From: Zootoca vivipara
Taxonomy: Eukaryota
Assembly: GCF_963506605.1 (NCBI RefSeq)
Contig: NC_083283.1
Coordinates: 6,820,001-6,884,000, forward strand
Reading direction: 5' to 3'
Length of the DNA stretch: 64,000 bases
Shown: in pieces, positions 48,539 through 59,462 of the stretch
Numbering within the stretch: position 1 is the stretch's first letter
Layout: every line of letters starts with the position of its first letter
Program-made: the position numbers and the translations under genes
Notes under the pieces: model-generated
The model's database searches: none
Told to the model about the DNA's origin: nothing
Seen by the model: the letters and a program-made list of their open reading frames with translations, nothing else

Positions 48539-49604
48539 TCCTGTTAAAATGTGCAAATCCATTAGCTGGTGTTTCAGAAAAGGCGAGGTTAGGGTTAACT
48601 TCCTTTCCCGGGATGCATCAGCAATCCCCTGTGTGCGCTTCAAATTGTTTTGGTTGTAAATTAGCAAAGCCTCAGAAGATATTGGCAGTTTGTAGTTGCA
48701 GCTGTTTCAAGCTTAGTGGCATCATGTTGCAATAATAGTCAGATTCTGTACTGAATCAACGGCGACAATGGAGCTTTTCAATCTGTTGCATCTTCAGGCA
48801 GAGCTGTAAAAGGTTGTTGTCAGAAATCCTGGAGAACGCCTGTCAACCAGTGTTAACAGTACTGAACTAGAATCATAGAATGGTAGAGTTGGAGTGGATC
48901 CCAAGGCCCATGTAATCCAACCCCTTGTGATGCAGGATAACTAGATGGAGTAATAAGTTTAACTTGGTATAAGGCAGCTTCCTATGTTCCTGCTTTCACA
49001 GACATGCACATACCTTAAGATCTGAGCTGTGGACCTGACAGAGGCCAAAACAGACTGAAGGAAAGATCAGGACAAAGGAATCAAACCCAAGGTTTTTCTG
49101 TAAATGCTGCTTTTGAAGAGGAGTGTAATGAAAGAGAGGGAGAAGTGGGGGCAGCACAGAGAAGGAGGAAAAAAGCAGGAAGGAAAGATTTCATGCTTCA
49201 GTGCCAGCCCATTAAAAGTGTTGCTTTAAAAGGATTCCAAATGATACTGCAAATGGTTTCTTGCTGCCTTGTTAAAACACCAGTTCCTGATTACGCACTC
49301 ACATTGCTGTATTCTATCCCTGCAAGCAACTGCTTTATGCTCTTGCCCAATTTTATCTACACTACATCTGGGATGAAAGAAGACCGAGGGATTTCAAGCC
49401 TCAAACATACTACTTCCAACCAATCATTTGATCACAGATGAGAACAGACAGGTTTGAGATATTCCAGAACGTCATACAAGACTCCCCTCTCACAAGTGTG
49501 CTACGTGTCAAATGTAACGTGATCATATACTTGAGTTGGCAAAAACACACACACCATAGGAACATGGACTTGGTTCCTTAGAGCATGCAAAGGTTCCAGA
49601 TTCA

Positions 49605-49682
49605 TGGAATCCTAGAATCATAGAGTTGGAAGAGACCACAAGGGCCATCCAGTCCAACCCCCTGCCAAGCAGGAAACACCAT
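49605..49682 (-). mobile_element. CR1 LINE 3' tail fragment
   Basis: Reverse complement matches the CR1 end at 57960-58045. Confidence 0.75.
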
Positions 49683-49833
49683 TCAGTCTTAGAATTTTCG
49701 GGTAGGGCTGGAAGAACACCAAGCGGTGATGGGAGTGTTTTCAATTGTGTCTGTCTCCATGTGCACCCATTGTTTCGTCTTGTCCTATAGGATTATGTGG
49801 TGCACTTGGTTGGCGATGGAGTAGAGTTCTATA

Positions 49834-50051
49834 CAGTGGTACCTCTGGTTGTGCACGGGATCCATTCCGGAGCTCCGGTTGGATCCTGAGGAATTCACAA
49901 CTGAGGCTGCCTTTTCTGCGCATGCGCATGGCTCGTAGAGCGCTTCTGCGTATGTGTGCATGGCGAAACCCAGAAAAATACTTCTGGGTTTGCCGCATTC
50001 GCATCCTGAAGGATACACAAGCAGAGGTGTGTGTATCCAGAGGTACCACTG
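49834..50051. mobile_element. Tigger-like MITE
   Basis: CAGTGGTACCTCTGG...CCAGAGGTACCACTG with TA flanks. Confidence 0.85.
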
Positions 50052-51139
50052 TATTGGGAATCCCCTACCCTCCCCCTCACACATGCCAACAAAACTCACT
50101 GCAGTCAACTGAAGGCAAGCAACCAAGCTCTGGGCTCCTTGCAACTTCTCTCACTGGAAAAACAAACAAACTAATAAATGAATGGGAAAAGAATCTGCCC
50201 ACATATCGGTGACACAAAAAACTCGCACATACATTATGTCAAAGAATGAAAGTTTTATACCCCCCCTTCTCTCCCCCCATGCCTCTCTTCTCTCCCATCC
50301 TCATATGGTCTATAACATTAGTGTCATCTGACTAAATATTGTTGTTGTTTACTTTCACCACCCTCAGAGGTTCAGGGGCTGAGTGCAAGGAGATATAACT
50401 TCTGTGTTACACACATTAAGTTGTGATATTCCCTCCCTACACAGATGCATCTGGTACCTTCATTATGCACCTTTTACCATATACAGATCCTGCACCTCTT
50501 TATCCTGGCCTTTGACACCCGAGAGTCTGGTGTCAGGTGCTTTTAACATGCTTTATTAATAGTGCTCTTCCGCAAATGCTTTCAATGAAAAGTCTCTTTG
50601 ATCCAGATGAATACAATTGTGCAGTACTGATATTAATATAAACTTTGAAATCATTAATCAAGAAGCAAACTGGTCTACAGGATGGCACTCAAGTTGGATC
50701 TCTGTTGAGTTTTACAATTAATATTGCTTTTACTTTGTTCTTCGATTCAGGAAGTTTACCTTTCTCTAAACTCTCATTCTTATCCCAACTAATTGTTGCA
50801 TCAAAATAATAATATCATAATAAGGCAATCTCTTTCATGCATAAATCATATAATTCACATTACATCATGAATCATATTTCAGGATTTCCAGATAGCCATC
50901 CTTGCTGCTCTCTGGATAACCATAGTATAGCAAGCATCACAATCTAAAAACATCACTCAGCAGTTGGAAAAATAAAATAAGTGGAGATCTCTGAAGCTCT
51001 TCAGACATATACACTGTATGGTAAATGCATTTGTTTGAATAAAAAGCTGAAAGGAGCATGCACTATAATCAGAAGAGAAATGCAAAAGTTTCTGATTACC
51101 GGTACTTTGAAGACAACATACCAGGTTTTGCTCCTGGAA

Positions 51140-51363
51140 CTCTAGCTCCTCTGTATCTTCCTTCTCCTTCAGAAGAATCTGGAGTATGACCTATATGTTC
51201 TGCTTAGATCAGCCCCCTTTCTTTCTTCCAAACAGGAAACACACCAGTGGATGAAATATGATATTTAGACAGCTGCATAATAACTAAAAATGTGTAGGAG
51301 TCAAATGAAGAAATGATCAGTTAAGAAAAAACAAAAAAAAACAAAATTTATGGGAACGCTAAG
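51140..51363 (-). pseudogene. Degraded MAS-related GPCR remnant (TM6 to C-terminus)
   Basis: Minus strand reads LAFP*...LLCSCLNIIFHPLVCFLFGRKKGG*SKQNI*VILQILLKEKED, homologous to copies 1-6; not in the ORF track. Confidence 0.75.
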
Positions 51364-51440
51364 TCTGTTGTAATCTCAAAAATAGTTTTATCCTGTTCAT
51401 AAAACTATCTTTGAGATTACAACAGACTTAGTGTTCCCAT
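51350..51440. repeat. 42-bp inverted repeat with 7-nt loop
   Basis: Arms 51350-51391 and 51399-51440, two mismatches. Confidence 0.9.
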
Positions 51441-51478
51441 TAATGTTGTGGACATAGTCCTTAGTGAGAGGTCACATA

Positions 51479-51607
51479 CAGTGCTATTTTTCTAGAGGAA
51501 GAGGTGCCAGAACTCGCCATGAATGCCTCCCTTATAATGGAAATGGCACCCACCTGAGAGGTGCCAGAACTGAGTTCCAATGAGTTCTGGCAGGAAGAAA
51601 AGCCCTG
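51479..51607. mobile_element. Short hAT-like MITE
   Basis: CAGTGCTATTTT...AAAAGCCCTG; inverted relative of 13235-13370. Confidence 0.6.
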
Positions 51608-52064
51608 ACCACACATGAAATAATATTAAGCCCACTTTTCAGAAGAGACACGGAGGAGGCACTAGAGAAGTCTTTGTTGTTCTCCTGACCTGTAGATCAC
51701 TGCTATAGTAACTTCATCAGGATAAATCCCTTTATTGATTGTAGTTATGCCTTGATTTTATATTTCCATGCTTAAGCTGCTTAGCAGAATCAGGGATACA
51801 CAACCCACAACCCAAGGTATCAGATATTGCACAGGTACAGTTTCAGATGGTGCCACAGATAGCACTTCTCTCTGTGTTTGATCGAGATAATAAAAGCACA
51901 GCATGTAAAGAACTTGAAACATTTTTTCTTGGTAACTGAATGTTTTATCTGTTGTATAAAAATGGAAAACTTTACAGGATTTCTGTGATGCTCTTGCATA
52001 AGAAATGTATGGAAGACTAATCCTTCTTAAGGCTGCAGAGATTGGCTAAAGGTACTCCATTTCA

Positions 52065-52283
52065 CCTTTGTCCATGGAGTTTTCTTGGCAGGGATACTGG
52101 AGTGGCTTGCCAGTTCCTTCTCCAGGTGGATCACGTTTAGTCAAAACTCTCCACTATGACCTGTCCATCTTGGGTGGCCCTGCATGGCATAGCTCATAGC
52201 TTCTCTGAGTTATTCAAGCCCCTTTGCCACGACAAGGCATTGATCCATGAAGAATTGATGCTTTTGAATTATGGTGCTGGAGG
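52065..52283 (+). mobile_element. BovB/RTE-derived non-autonomous element, 5' part (split by Penelope)
   Basis: BovB 5'-like TGTCCATGGAG...ATACTGGAGTGG...CCTTCTCCA joined to ORF-end GAATTGATGCTTTTGAATTATGGTGCTGGAGG; TSD ACTCCATTTCA at 52054-52064. Confidence 0.8.
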
Positions 52284-52338
52284 AAAATAAAAAAATTCCT
52301 TCAGTAGCACCTTAAAGACCAACTAAGTTTTTATTTTG

Positions 52339-52376
52339 GTATGAGCTTTCGTGTGCATGCACACTTCTTCAGATAC
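52339..52376 (-). ncRNA. Minimal hammerhead ribozyme (inverted pLTR)
   Basis: Reverse complement of 53683-53720. Confidence 0.8.
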
Positions 52377-53682
52377 AGTGAAATGGAAGTTTCCAGGCAC
52401 TTATGTAGAGAAGGGGTGGGGAGGGGTGGGGATGGGGAGGGGGGATCACTCAGAAGGGTGGTGGAAATGGGTGATTGACTGACTGATAGCTGTTGATGAC
52501 CGCAAACGACTGCAAATGGTTTTGCATGAAAAAGCAAGGGTTGAGATGGCTGAAGATCGCTTATCATGTATAATGAGATAAGAACCCGATATCTCTGTTC
52601 AAACCAGGTCCCTCCATGGTTTTGAGCTTGGTGATAAGTTGCAATTCAGCAACTTCTCTTTCCAGTCTATTTCTGAAATTCTTTTGTAGTAAGACAGCTA
52701 CTTTGAGATCTTGTATAGAATGTCCTGGGAGATTGAAGTGTTCTCCTACTGGTTTTTCTGTCTTCTGGTTCCTGATGTCAGATTTATGTCCATTTATCCT
52801 TTGGCGTAGGGTTTGGCCTGTTTGTCCAATATAGAGAGCTGAAGGGCACTGTTGGCATTTGATGGCATACACAATGTTAGAGGATGAGCAATTAAATAGT
52901 CCTGAGATGGTATGTTGGATGTTGTTGGGGCCAGTGATGGTGTTGTCCGGGTGTATGTGGCAGCAAAGTTGGCATCTGGGTTTATTGCAGGCTCTGGTAC
53001 CAGTGTCCATGTTAAGTCTGGTGGTTGTATTATTGTGGGTGACTTAACATGGACACTGGTACCAGAGCCTGCAATAAACCCAGATGCCAACTTTGCTGCC
53101 ACATACACCCGGACAACACCATCACTGGCCCCAACAACATCCAACATACCATCTCAGGACTATTTAATTGCTCATCCTCTAACATTGTGTATGCCATCAA
53201 ATGCCAACAGTGCCCTTCAGCTCTCTATATTGGACAAACAGGCCAAACCCTACGCCAAAGGATAAATGGACATAAATCTGACATCAGGAACCAGAAGACA
53301 GAAAAACCAGTAGGAGTACACTTCAATCTCCCAGGACATTCTATACAAGATCTCAAAGTAGCTGTCTTACTACAAAAGAATTTCAGAAATAGACTGGAAA
53401 GAGAAGTTGCTGAATTGCAACTTATCACCAAGCTCAAAACCATGGAGGGACCTGGTTTGAACAGAGATATCGGGTTCTTATCTCATTATACATGATAAGC
53501 GATCTTCAGCCATCTCAACCCTTGCTTTTTCATGCAAAACCATTTGCAGTCGTTTGCGGTCATCAACAGCTATCAGTCAGTCAATCACCCATTTCCACCA
53601 CCCTTCTGAGTGATCCCCCCTCCCCATCCCCACCCCTCCCCACCCCTTCTCTACATAAGTGCCTGGAAACTTCCATTTCACT

Positions 53683-53720
53683 GTATCTGAAGAAGTGTGC
53701 ATGCACACGAAAGCTCATAC
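53683..53720 (+). ncRNA. Minimal hammerhead ribozyme (5' pLTR)
   Basis: GTAT-CTGAAGA-A-GTGTGCATGCACAC-GAAA-GC-TC^ATAC; predicted cut after C53716. Confidence 0.85.
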
Positions 53721-53819
53721 CAAAATAAAAACTTAGTTGGTCTTTAAGGTGCTACTGAAGGAATTTTTTTATTTTACTTCGATCCAGACCAACACGGCTA
53801 CCTACCTGTAACCAGAACT

Positions 53820-56521
53820 ATGGAAGGCACCACATTGAGCCGCATGAAATGGAAGTCCATCAACCTCACCAAGAAACTTGCCCAGGTACAAACTGACATC
53901 CTCTTTCTATCTAAATGCAAAAACCTGGACATTGTACCTAAGGGTCTTAGAATTAAGAACCCTCTTCAATCAACTTATCCCACAGAATATGCCAGAAAAC
54001 TATGCCACACTTTATCTAAGAAACTGCTGAAACATCTTATCGGCGTTCTGTATTCCAAACAGAAGTTAATAAAGGAGGAACTCTCTGCACTGGAGAACTC
54101 CATCAGGAATCACCCGGCCTGGCAGAAGTTCCACAAGGAAAAACAAACCATTTACCACTCTCAACTGGAGTTACTGAAGAACCAGAAAAATAAAAAACTC
54201 TGCAACCTTTCCAACCTACAGGCCACCAATCAAAACAAGATCAACAACATTGTCAATCTTTCACAGCAAACACTCAGCCCAGCTGAGGAATCCGTCCTTT
54301 CACGGGGACTATCATTCTGCCCTGCCAAATCCCAACACATGATTCAGTTCTGCGGGGACCTGGAAGCATTTTTCCGCCGTTTACGCCTGAAGGAGTATTT
54401 TCATCACACACAAGAACAAGACAAAGTAGAACAAACTACATCCCCACAACACAACACCTCTCAACTTACTGGGGAACAACCATCACCCTCCAAACGCATC
54501 AATGAACAGAACATTGACCACCAACTACCACCGAAAAGAAGTTACACAAAAAGGGACTCCACATGGACCCCTCCTGATGGACGCAATACCACACTAGATC
54601 TGTACATCGAATGCTTCCGCCACAGAATCCAAACGGATGTGACCAGAAAACACCATCGCTTACAACAAAATCTAAACCATGCTGAAAGGAGAGCCATAGA
54701 AAATCTCAGGAACAACCCAGACATTATAATTAAAGAGGCAGACAAGGGTGGAGCTGTCGTCATCATGAACAAAACTGATTACATCCAAGAGGCCCACAGA
54801 CAACTTTCCAATACTGCCTTTTACATGAAATTGGACTCAGACCCCACACAAGCATACAAAAAAGAACTGAACAAGATTATTAAGGAGCTACCCCTACACA
54901 TCCAAGAACAGATCCTCACAAACACACCAGCGGAACCTCGGCCAGGAACTTTCTATCTTCTACCCAAAATACACAAACCAGGAAACCCAGGACGCCCCAT
55001 CATCTCAGGTATTGGCACCATTACAGTGGGTGTTTCCGGCTATATGGACTCTGTTCTGAAACCATATGCTATCAGTGCTCCCAGCTACGTACGTGACACC
55101 ACAGATTTTCTGAGGAAAATACAATATTTGAACAATCTTCCTAACAATACTATACTAGCCACTATGGATGTGGAATCTCTATATACCAACATCCCACACA
55201 ATGATGGTTTACAAGCCATAAGGAACACCATTTCAGATAAAACCACAGCGGACTTTGCTACCAAACTCTGCCACTTTGTCCTTACCCACAACCACTTCAA
55301 ATTTGGTGATGGTTCCTCCAGATCAGCGGCACAGCCATGGGCACCCGCATGGCCCCACAGTATGCCAACATCTTCATGGCAGATTTAGAACAACGTTTCC
55401 TTAACTCCTACCCACTCAAACCTCTCCTGTACCTGCGATACATTGACGATATTTTTATTATCTGGACACATGGACAACAGACCCTGGAAACCTTCCACCA
55501 GACATTCAATGACTTTCACCCCACCATCAACCTAACAATGAACCAATCTATGCAAGAAATACATTTTTTGGACACTACTATAAAAATACAGGATGGACGT
55601 ATAGACACCACCTTATACAGAAAACCAACTGACCGACAAACATATCTACATGCTTCTAGCTACCATCCCAAACATACCAAACAATCCATCGTATACAGCC
55701 AGGCCTTACGTTACAACCGCATCTGTTCCAACTCTACAGACAGAGAATCTCACCTAAGAGATCTACAGCAAACCTTTTTAGAACTAAAATATCCACCTGA
55801 TGAAGTTAAACAACAGATCAACAGAGCCAGACAGATACCTAGAGAGAACCTGCTGCAAGACAGACCCAAAAAAGAAAATAACAGAACACCACTAGTCATC
55901 ACATACAGCTCCCAAGCTAAAACAGTACAACGCATCATCAGAGATCTACAGCCTCTCCTGGACAATGACCGCTCCCTTTCTCAAGCTCTGGGAGGAAGAC
56001 CTTTCATTGCCTACAGACAGCCACCCAATCTTAAACAACTCCTCACCCACAATAATACAACCACCAGACTTAACATGGACACTGGTACCAGAGCCTGCAA
56101 TAAACCCAGATGCCAACTTTGCTGCCACATACACCCGGACAACACCATCACTGGCCCCAACAACATCCAACATACCATCTCAGGACTATTTAATTGCTCA
56201 TCCTCTAACATTGTGTATGCCATCAAATGCCAACAGTGCCCTTCAGCTCTCTATATTGGACAAACAGGCCAAACCCTACGCCAAAGGATAAATGGACATA
56301 AATCTGACATCAGGAACCAGAAGACAGAAAAACCAGTAGGAGAACACTTCAATCTCCCAGGACATTCTATACAAGATCTCAAAGTAGCTGTCTTACTACA
56401 AAAGAATTTCAGAAATAGACTGGAAAGAGAAGTTGCTGAATTGCAACTTATCACCAAGCTCAAAACCATGGAGGGACCTGGTTTGAACAGAGATATCGGG
56501 TTCTTATCTCATTATACATGA
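53820..56521 (+). pseudogene. Penelope RT/GIY-YIG ORF with a single frameshift
   Basis: ADKGGAVVIM, LPKIHK, GRPIISG, MDVESLYTNIP, AMGTRMAP, RYIDDIF, FLD, CNKPRCQLC linker, IVY..YIGQT; frames join at 55311-55312 (probable 4-nt deletion). Confidence 0.92.
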
Positions 56522-56708
56522 TAAGCGATCTTCAGCCATCTCAACCCTTGCTTTTTCATGCAAAACCATTTGCAGTCGTTTGCGGTCATCAACAGCTATC
56601 AGTCAGTCAATCACCCATTTCCACCACCCTTCTGAGTGATCCCCCCTCCCCATCCCCACCCCTCCCCACCCCTTCTCTACATAAGTGCCTGGAAACTTCC
56701 ATTTCACT

Positions 56709-56746
56709 GTATCTGAAGAAGTGTGCATGCACACGAAAGCTCATAC
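56709..56746 (+). ncRNA. Minimal hammerhead ribozyme (3' pLTR)
   Basis: Identical to 53683-53720; predicted cut after C56742. Confidence 0.85.
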
Positions 56747-56839
56747 CAAAATAAAAACTTAGTTGGTCTTTAAGGTGCTACTGAAGGAATTTTTTTATTT
56801 TACTTCGATCCAGACCAACACGGCTACCTACCTGTAACC

Positions 56840-57198
56840 GGTGCTGGAGGAGACTCTTGAGAGTCCCATGGACTGCTAGAAGATCAAACCTATCCATTCT
56901 TAAGGAAATCAGCCCTGAGTGCTCCCTGGAAGGACAGATCGTAAAGCTGAGGCTCCAATACTTTGGCCACCTCATGAGAAGAGAAGAATCCTTGGAAAAG
57001 ACCCTGATGTTGGGAAAGATTGAGGGCACTAGGAGAAGGGGACGACAGAGGACAAGATGGTTGGACAGTGTTCTCGAAGCTACGAACATGAGTTTGACCA
57101 AACTGCGGGAGGCAGTGCAAGACAGGAGTGCCTGGCGTGCTATGGTCCGTGGGGTCACGAAGAGTCGGACACGACTAAACGACTAAACAACAACAACA
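56840..57198 (+). mobile_element. BovB/RTE-derived element, 3' part
   Basis: WRRLLRVPWTARRSN...YFGHLMRR..LEKTLMLGKIEG.RRRGRQRTRW; (CAA)n tail; TSD ACTCCATTTCA at 57199-57209. Confidence 0.9.
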
Positions 57199-57640
57199 AC
57201 TCCATTTCAAGATATATGGCAGCATTTTATTACACGTGTAAACATGCATCTTTTACATCAACAGCTCCCAACAGTAACATTAAAACTTTGGAATTCCTAA
57301 ATCTACTGGGTTTATTTCATGAAGCAATAGGCTACTTATACATCTCTCCTGTTATTAAGATTATTACTTTTGTTAAATAAAAATGCATTGATTAAAGGGG
57401 AAAAAAACACCCACATATATACATACAATATTACAACCTAAGAATAATCATAACAACATCCTTTCTGGCAAACTGGAAAGTGGGATATATATCCCTCCCT
57501 TACTGACATTCTCCGAGTTGGTCGCATAGCAGCATCAGTGGAAAATGGAGGAAGAATTGGCAGTGCCCCCTCCCCCAACTCCATTCTTCCTTGTACTTTG
57601 CTCCCCATGTTTAGTCAGTCATGGTGCTTCTCCTTGCACA

Positions 57641-58046
57641 AATGAGGAACGGCTTAGGGAGCTGGTTATGTTTAGCCTGGAGAAGAGAAGGTTAAGGGGT
57701 GATATGATAGCCATGTTCAAATATATAAAAGGATGTCATCTAGAGGAGGGAGAAAGGTTGTTTTCTGCTGCTCCAGAGAAGCGGACATGGACCAATGGAT
57801 TCAAACTACAAGAAAGAAGATTCCACCTAAACATGAGGAAGAACTTCCTGACAGTAAGAGCTGTTCGGCAGTGGAATTTGCTACCAAGGAGTGTGGTGGA
57901 GTCTCCTTCTTTGAAGGTCTTTAAGCAGAGGCTTGACAGGCATATGTCAAGAATGCTTTGATGGTGTTTCCTGCTTGGCAGGGGGTTGGACTGGATGGCC
58001 CTTGTGGTCTCTTCCAACTCTACGATCCTATGATTCTATGATTCTG
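57641..58046 (+). mobile_element. CR1 LINE 3' fragment
   Basis: EERLRELxMFSLEKRRLRGDMI...RKNFLTVRAVRQWNLLP; (ATTCTATG)n tail. Confidence 0.9.
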
Positions 58047-58787
58047 AATATCCTGCCATTCTTCTCCATCTCCTCAGTTAAAAATGGTTCAGACTCTCAG
58101 TGATCATCTCCTGCATGGTTTACTGTGACACTTTCCTCTCTGAGCTTCCTCACTGTTCCACTTTATCCAAAACTCGGCTGCCCCAAGCATTCACATCTCC
58201 AGCCATTCACACCCTCTGTTGTATCTCCCCTGATTCCCTTCCATGGCTTCCCAGTCCTTTCCACCATTGGTAAAACTCTGTATCCCTGTTGCTGGATCTG
58301 AGCTGGTCTATAAGACAGTCACATGTGAACCTCTATGCTAGTAAAAGCCATATTATATTTGGAACTGACACCCAAAAGGTCAGCAAGAGCAAAACTAGAG
58401 GCAACTTTGGAGACAGAACGCAAAATGCGATTGAAGAGTTTTCTCGTGTGTCCCTAGGTTGTCAGTGGGCTTTTCCAGATGAGCAGTTTACATCTGGAAG
58501 CTTTCCCTTTGAAGGGAATCAAAATGATTTTGACAGAAGGCTCCTTGGGAAGGTTCTTTTTTAAGCACAGTTATTTTTCTCATGACATGGGTTTTGTGTC
58601 AAATGCAGTTGTAACTGCCTTCACCACAGAAAACACTCAAATCTAATCTATATACGTCCAAGCCATGCTGTTAGATCAAAACTTCGTGGCATTTAACAGC
58701 CAAGAGCATGTGCCCCACATAGCATGTTCTTGATTCTGTTTGGTTTTATGGTGAATTATTATTATTGTATTCTCTATATTGTGTCCA

Positions 58788-58895
58788 GGGGGAGGGATGT
58801 AGTTCAATGTTAGCACATCTGTCTTGCTTGCAGAGCATCCCAGGTTTAATCCCTGGCATCTCCAGATAGGGCTGTGAAACACTCCTACCAGTCAG
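58788..58895 (+). mobile_element. Degenerate tRNA-derived SINE
   Basis: TAGTTCAATG box A and CCCAGGTTTAATCCCTGGCATCTCCAG box B region. Confidence 0.5.
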
Positions 58896-59087
58896 CATAG
58901 GTGCCAACTCAAAGGGGGCATGGGGGCTTTGGCCCCCACAATAAAACATTTGAGGGGACCGGGGCCCCCACAAAGTTGATGGGCATTGCCATTCAGGTGG
59001 TGGGTGTGCACTGTGCCATGTGATTGATTATGTGGGGTGGGGCTTTCCTGGGCCCCCACGATATTTCATTCAAGTTGGCACCCCTTG
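58896..59087. mobile_element. hAT MITE
   Basis: GGTGCCAACT / AGTTGGCACC TIR; TSD CCAGTCAG / TTAGTCAG. Confidence 0.65.
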
Positions 59088-59102
59088 TTAGTCAGTGATA
59101 TA

Positions 59103-59462
59103 CAGGTGAAACTTGGAAAATTAGAATATCGTTGAAAAGTGCATTTATTTCAGTAGTGCGACTTAAAAGGTGAAACCAATATATGAGAAAGATGCATGAC
59201 ATGCAAAGCAAGATATGTCAAGCCTTTATGTGTTGTAATTGTAATTATTTGTCATTAGGCGGGCCAATTATAAGTGGAATGTAATTATAGAAATATAATA
59301 GCGATGTTTATTTTTTGTCTATTTTTGTATTATTGTAACTATTTGTTTTATTACTGTGGAATTTCCAAAAGAAAGCATTTGTAAAAATTAAAAAAATAAT
59401 AAGTTGCATTACTGAAATAAATGCACTTTCCGATGATATTCTAATTTTCCAAGTTTCACCTG
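59103..59462. mobile_element. Tc1-type MITE with ~60-bp TIRs
   Basis: CAGGTGAAACTTGGAAAATTAGAATATC... and its reverse complement, TA flanks. Confidence 0.85.

Larger units (their letters stand above)
52284..56839 (+). mobile_element. Penelope-like element, Neptune type, with inverted and direct pLTRs
   Basis: RT + GIY-YIG ORF; 773-bp direct repeats 53041-53813 / 56067-56839; inverted copy 52284-53042; TSD GGTGCTGGAGG(A) at 52273 and 56840. Confidence 0.95.

Noticed and set aside
52564-53495. Two 148-aa GIY-YIG ORFs as stand-alone nuclease genes
   Set aside because: They are copies of the Penelope ORF 3' end inside the pLTRs
53749-53787. Possible Penelope 5' intron GTGCT...TTCGATCCAG
   Set aside because: Only ~39 nt, too short for a vertebrate spliceosomal intron, and the donor is weak
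55301-55340. Programmed frameshift or selenocysteine recoding in the Penelope ORF
   Set aside because: No slippery heptamer or in-frame TGA; two residues are missing against the RT motif, consistent with a simple deletion
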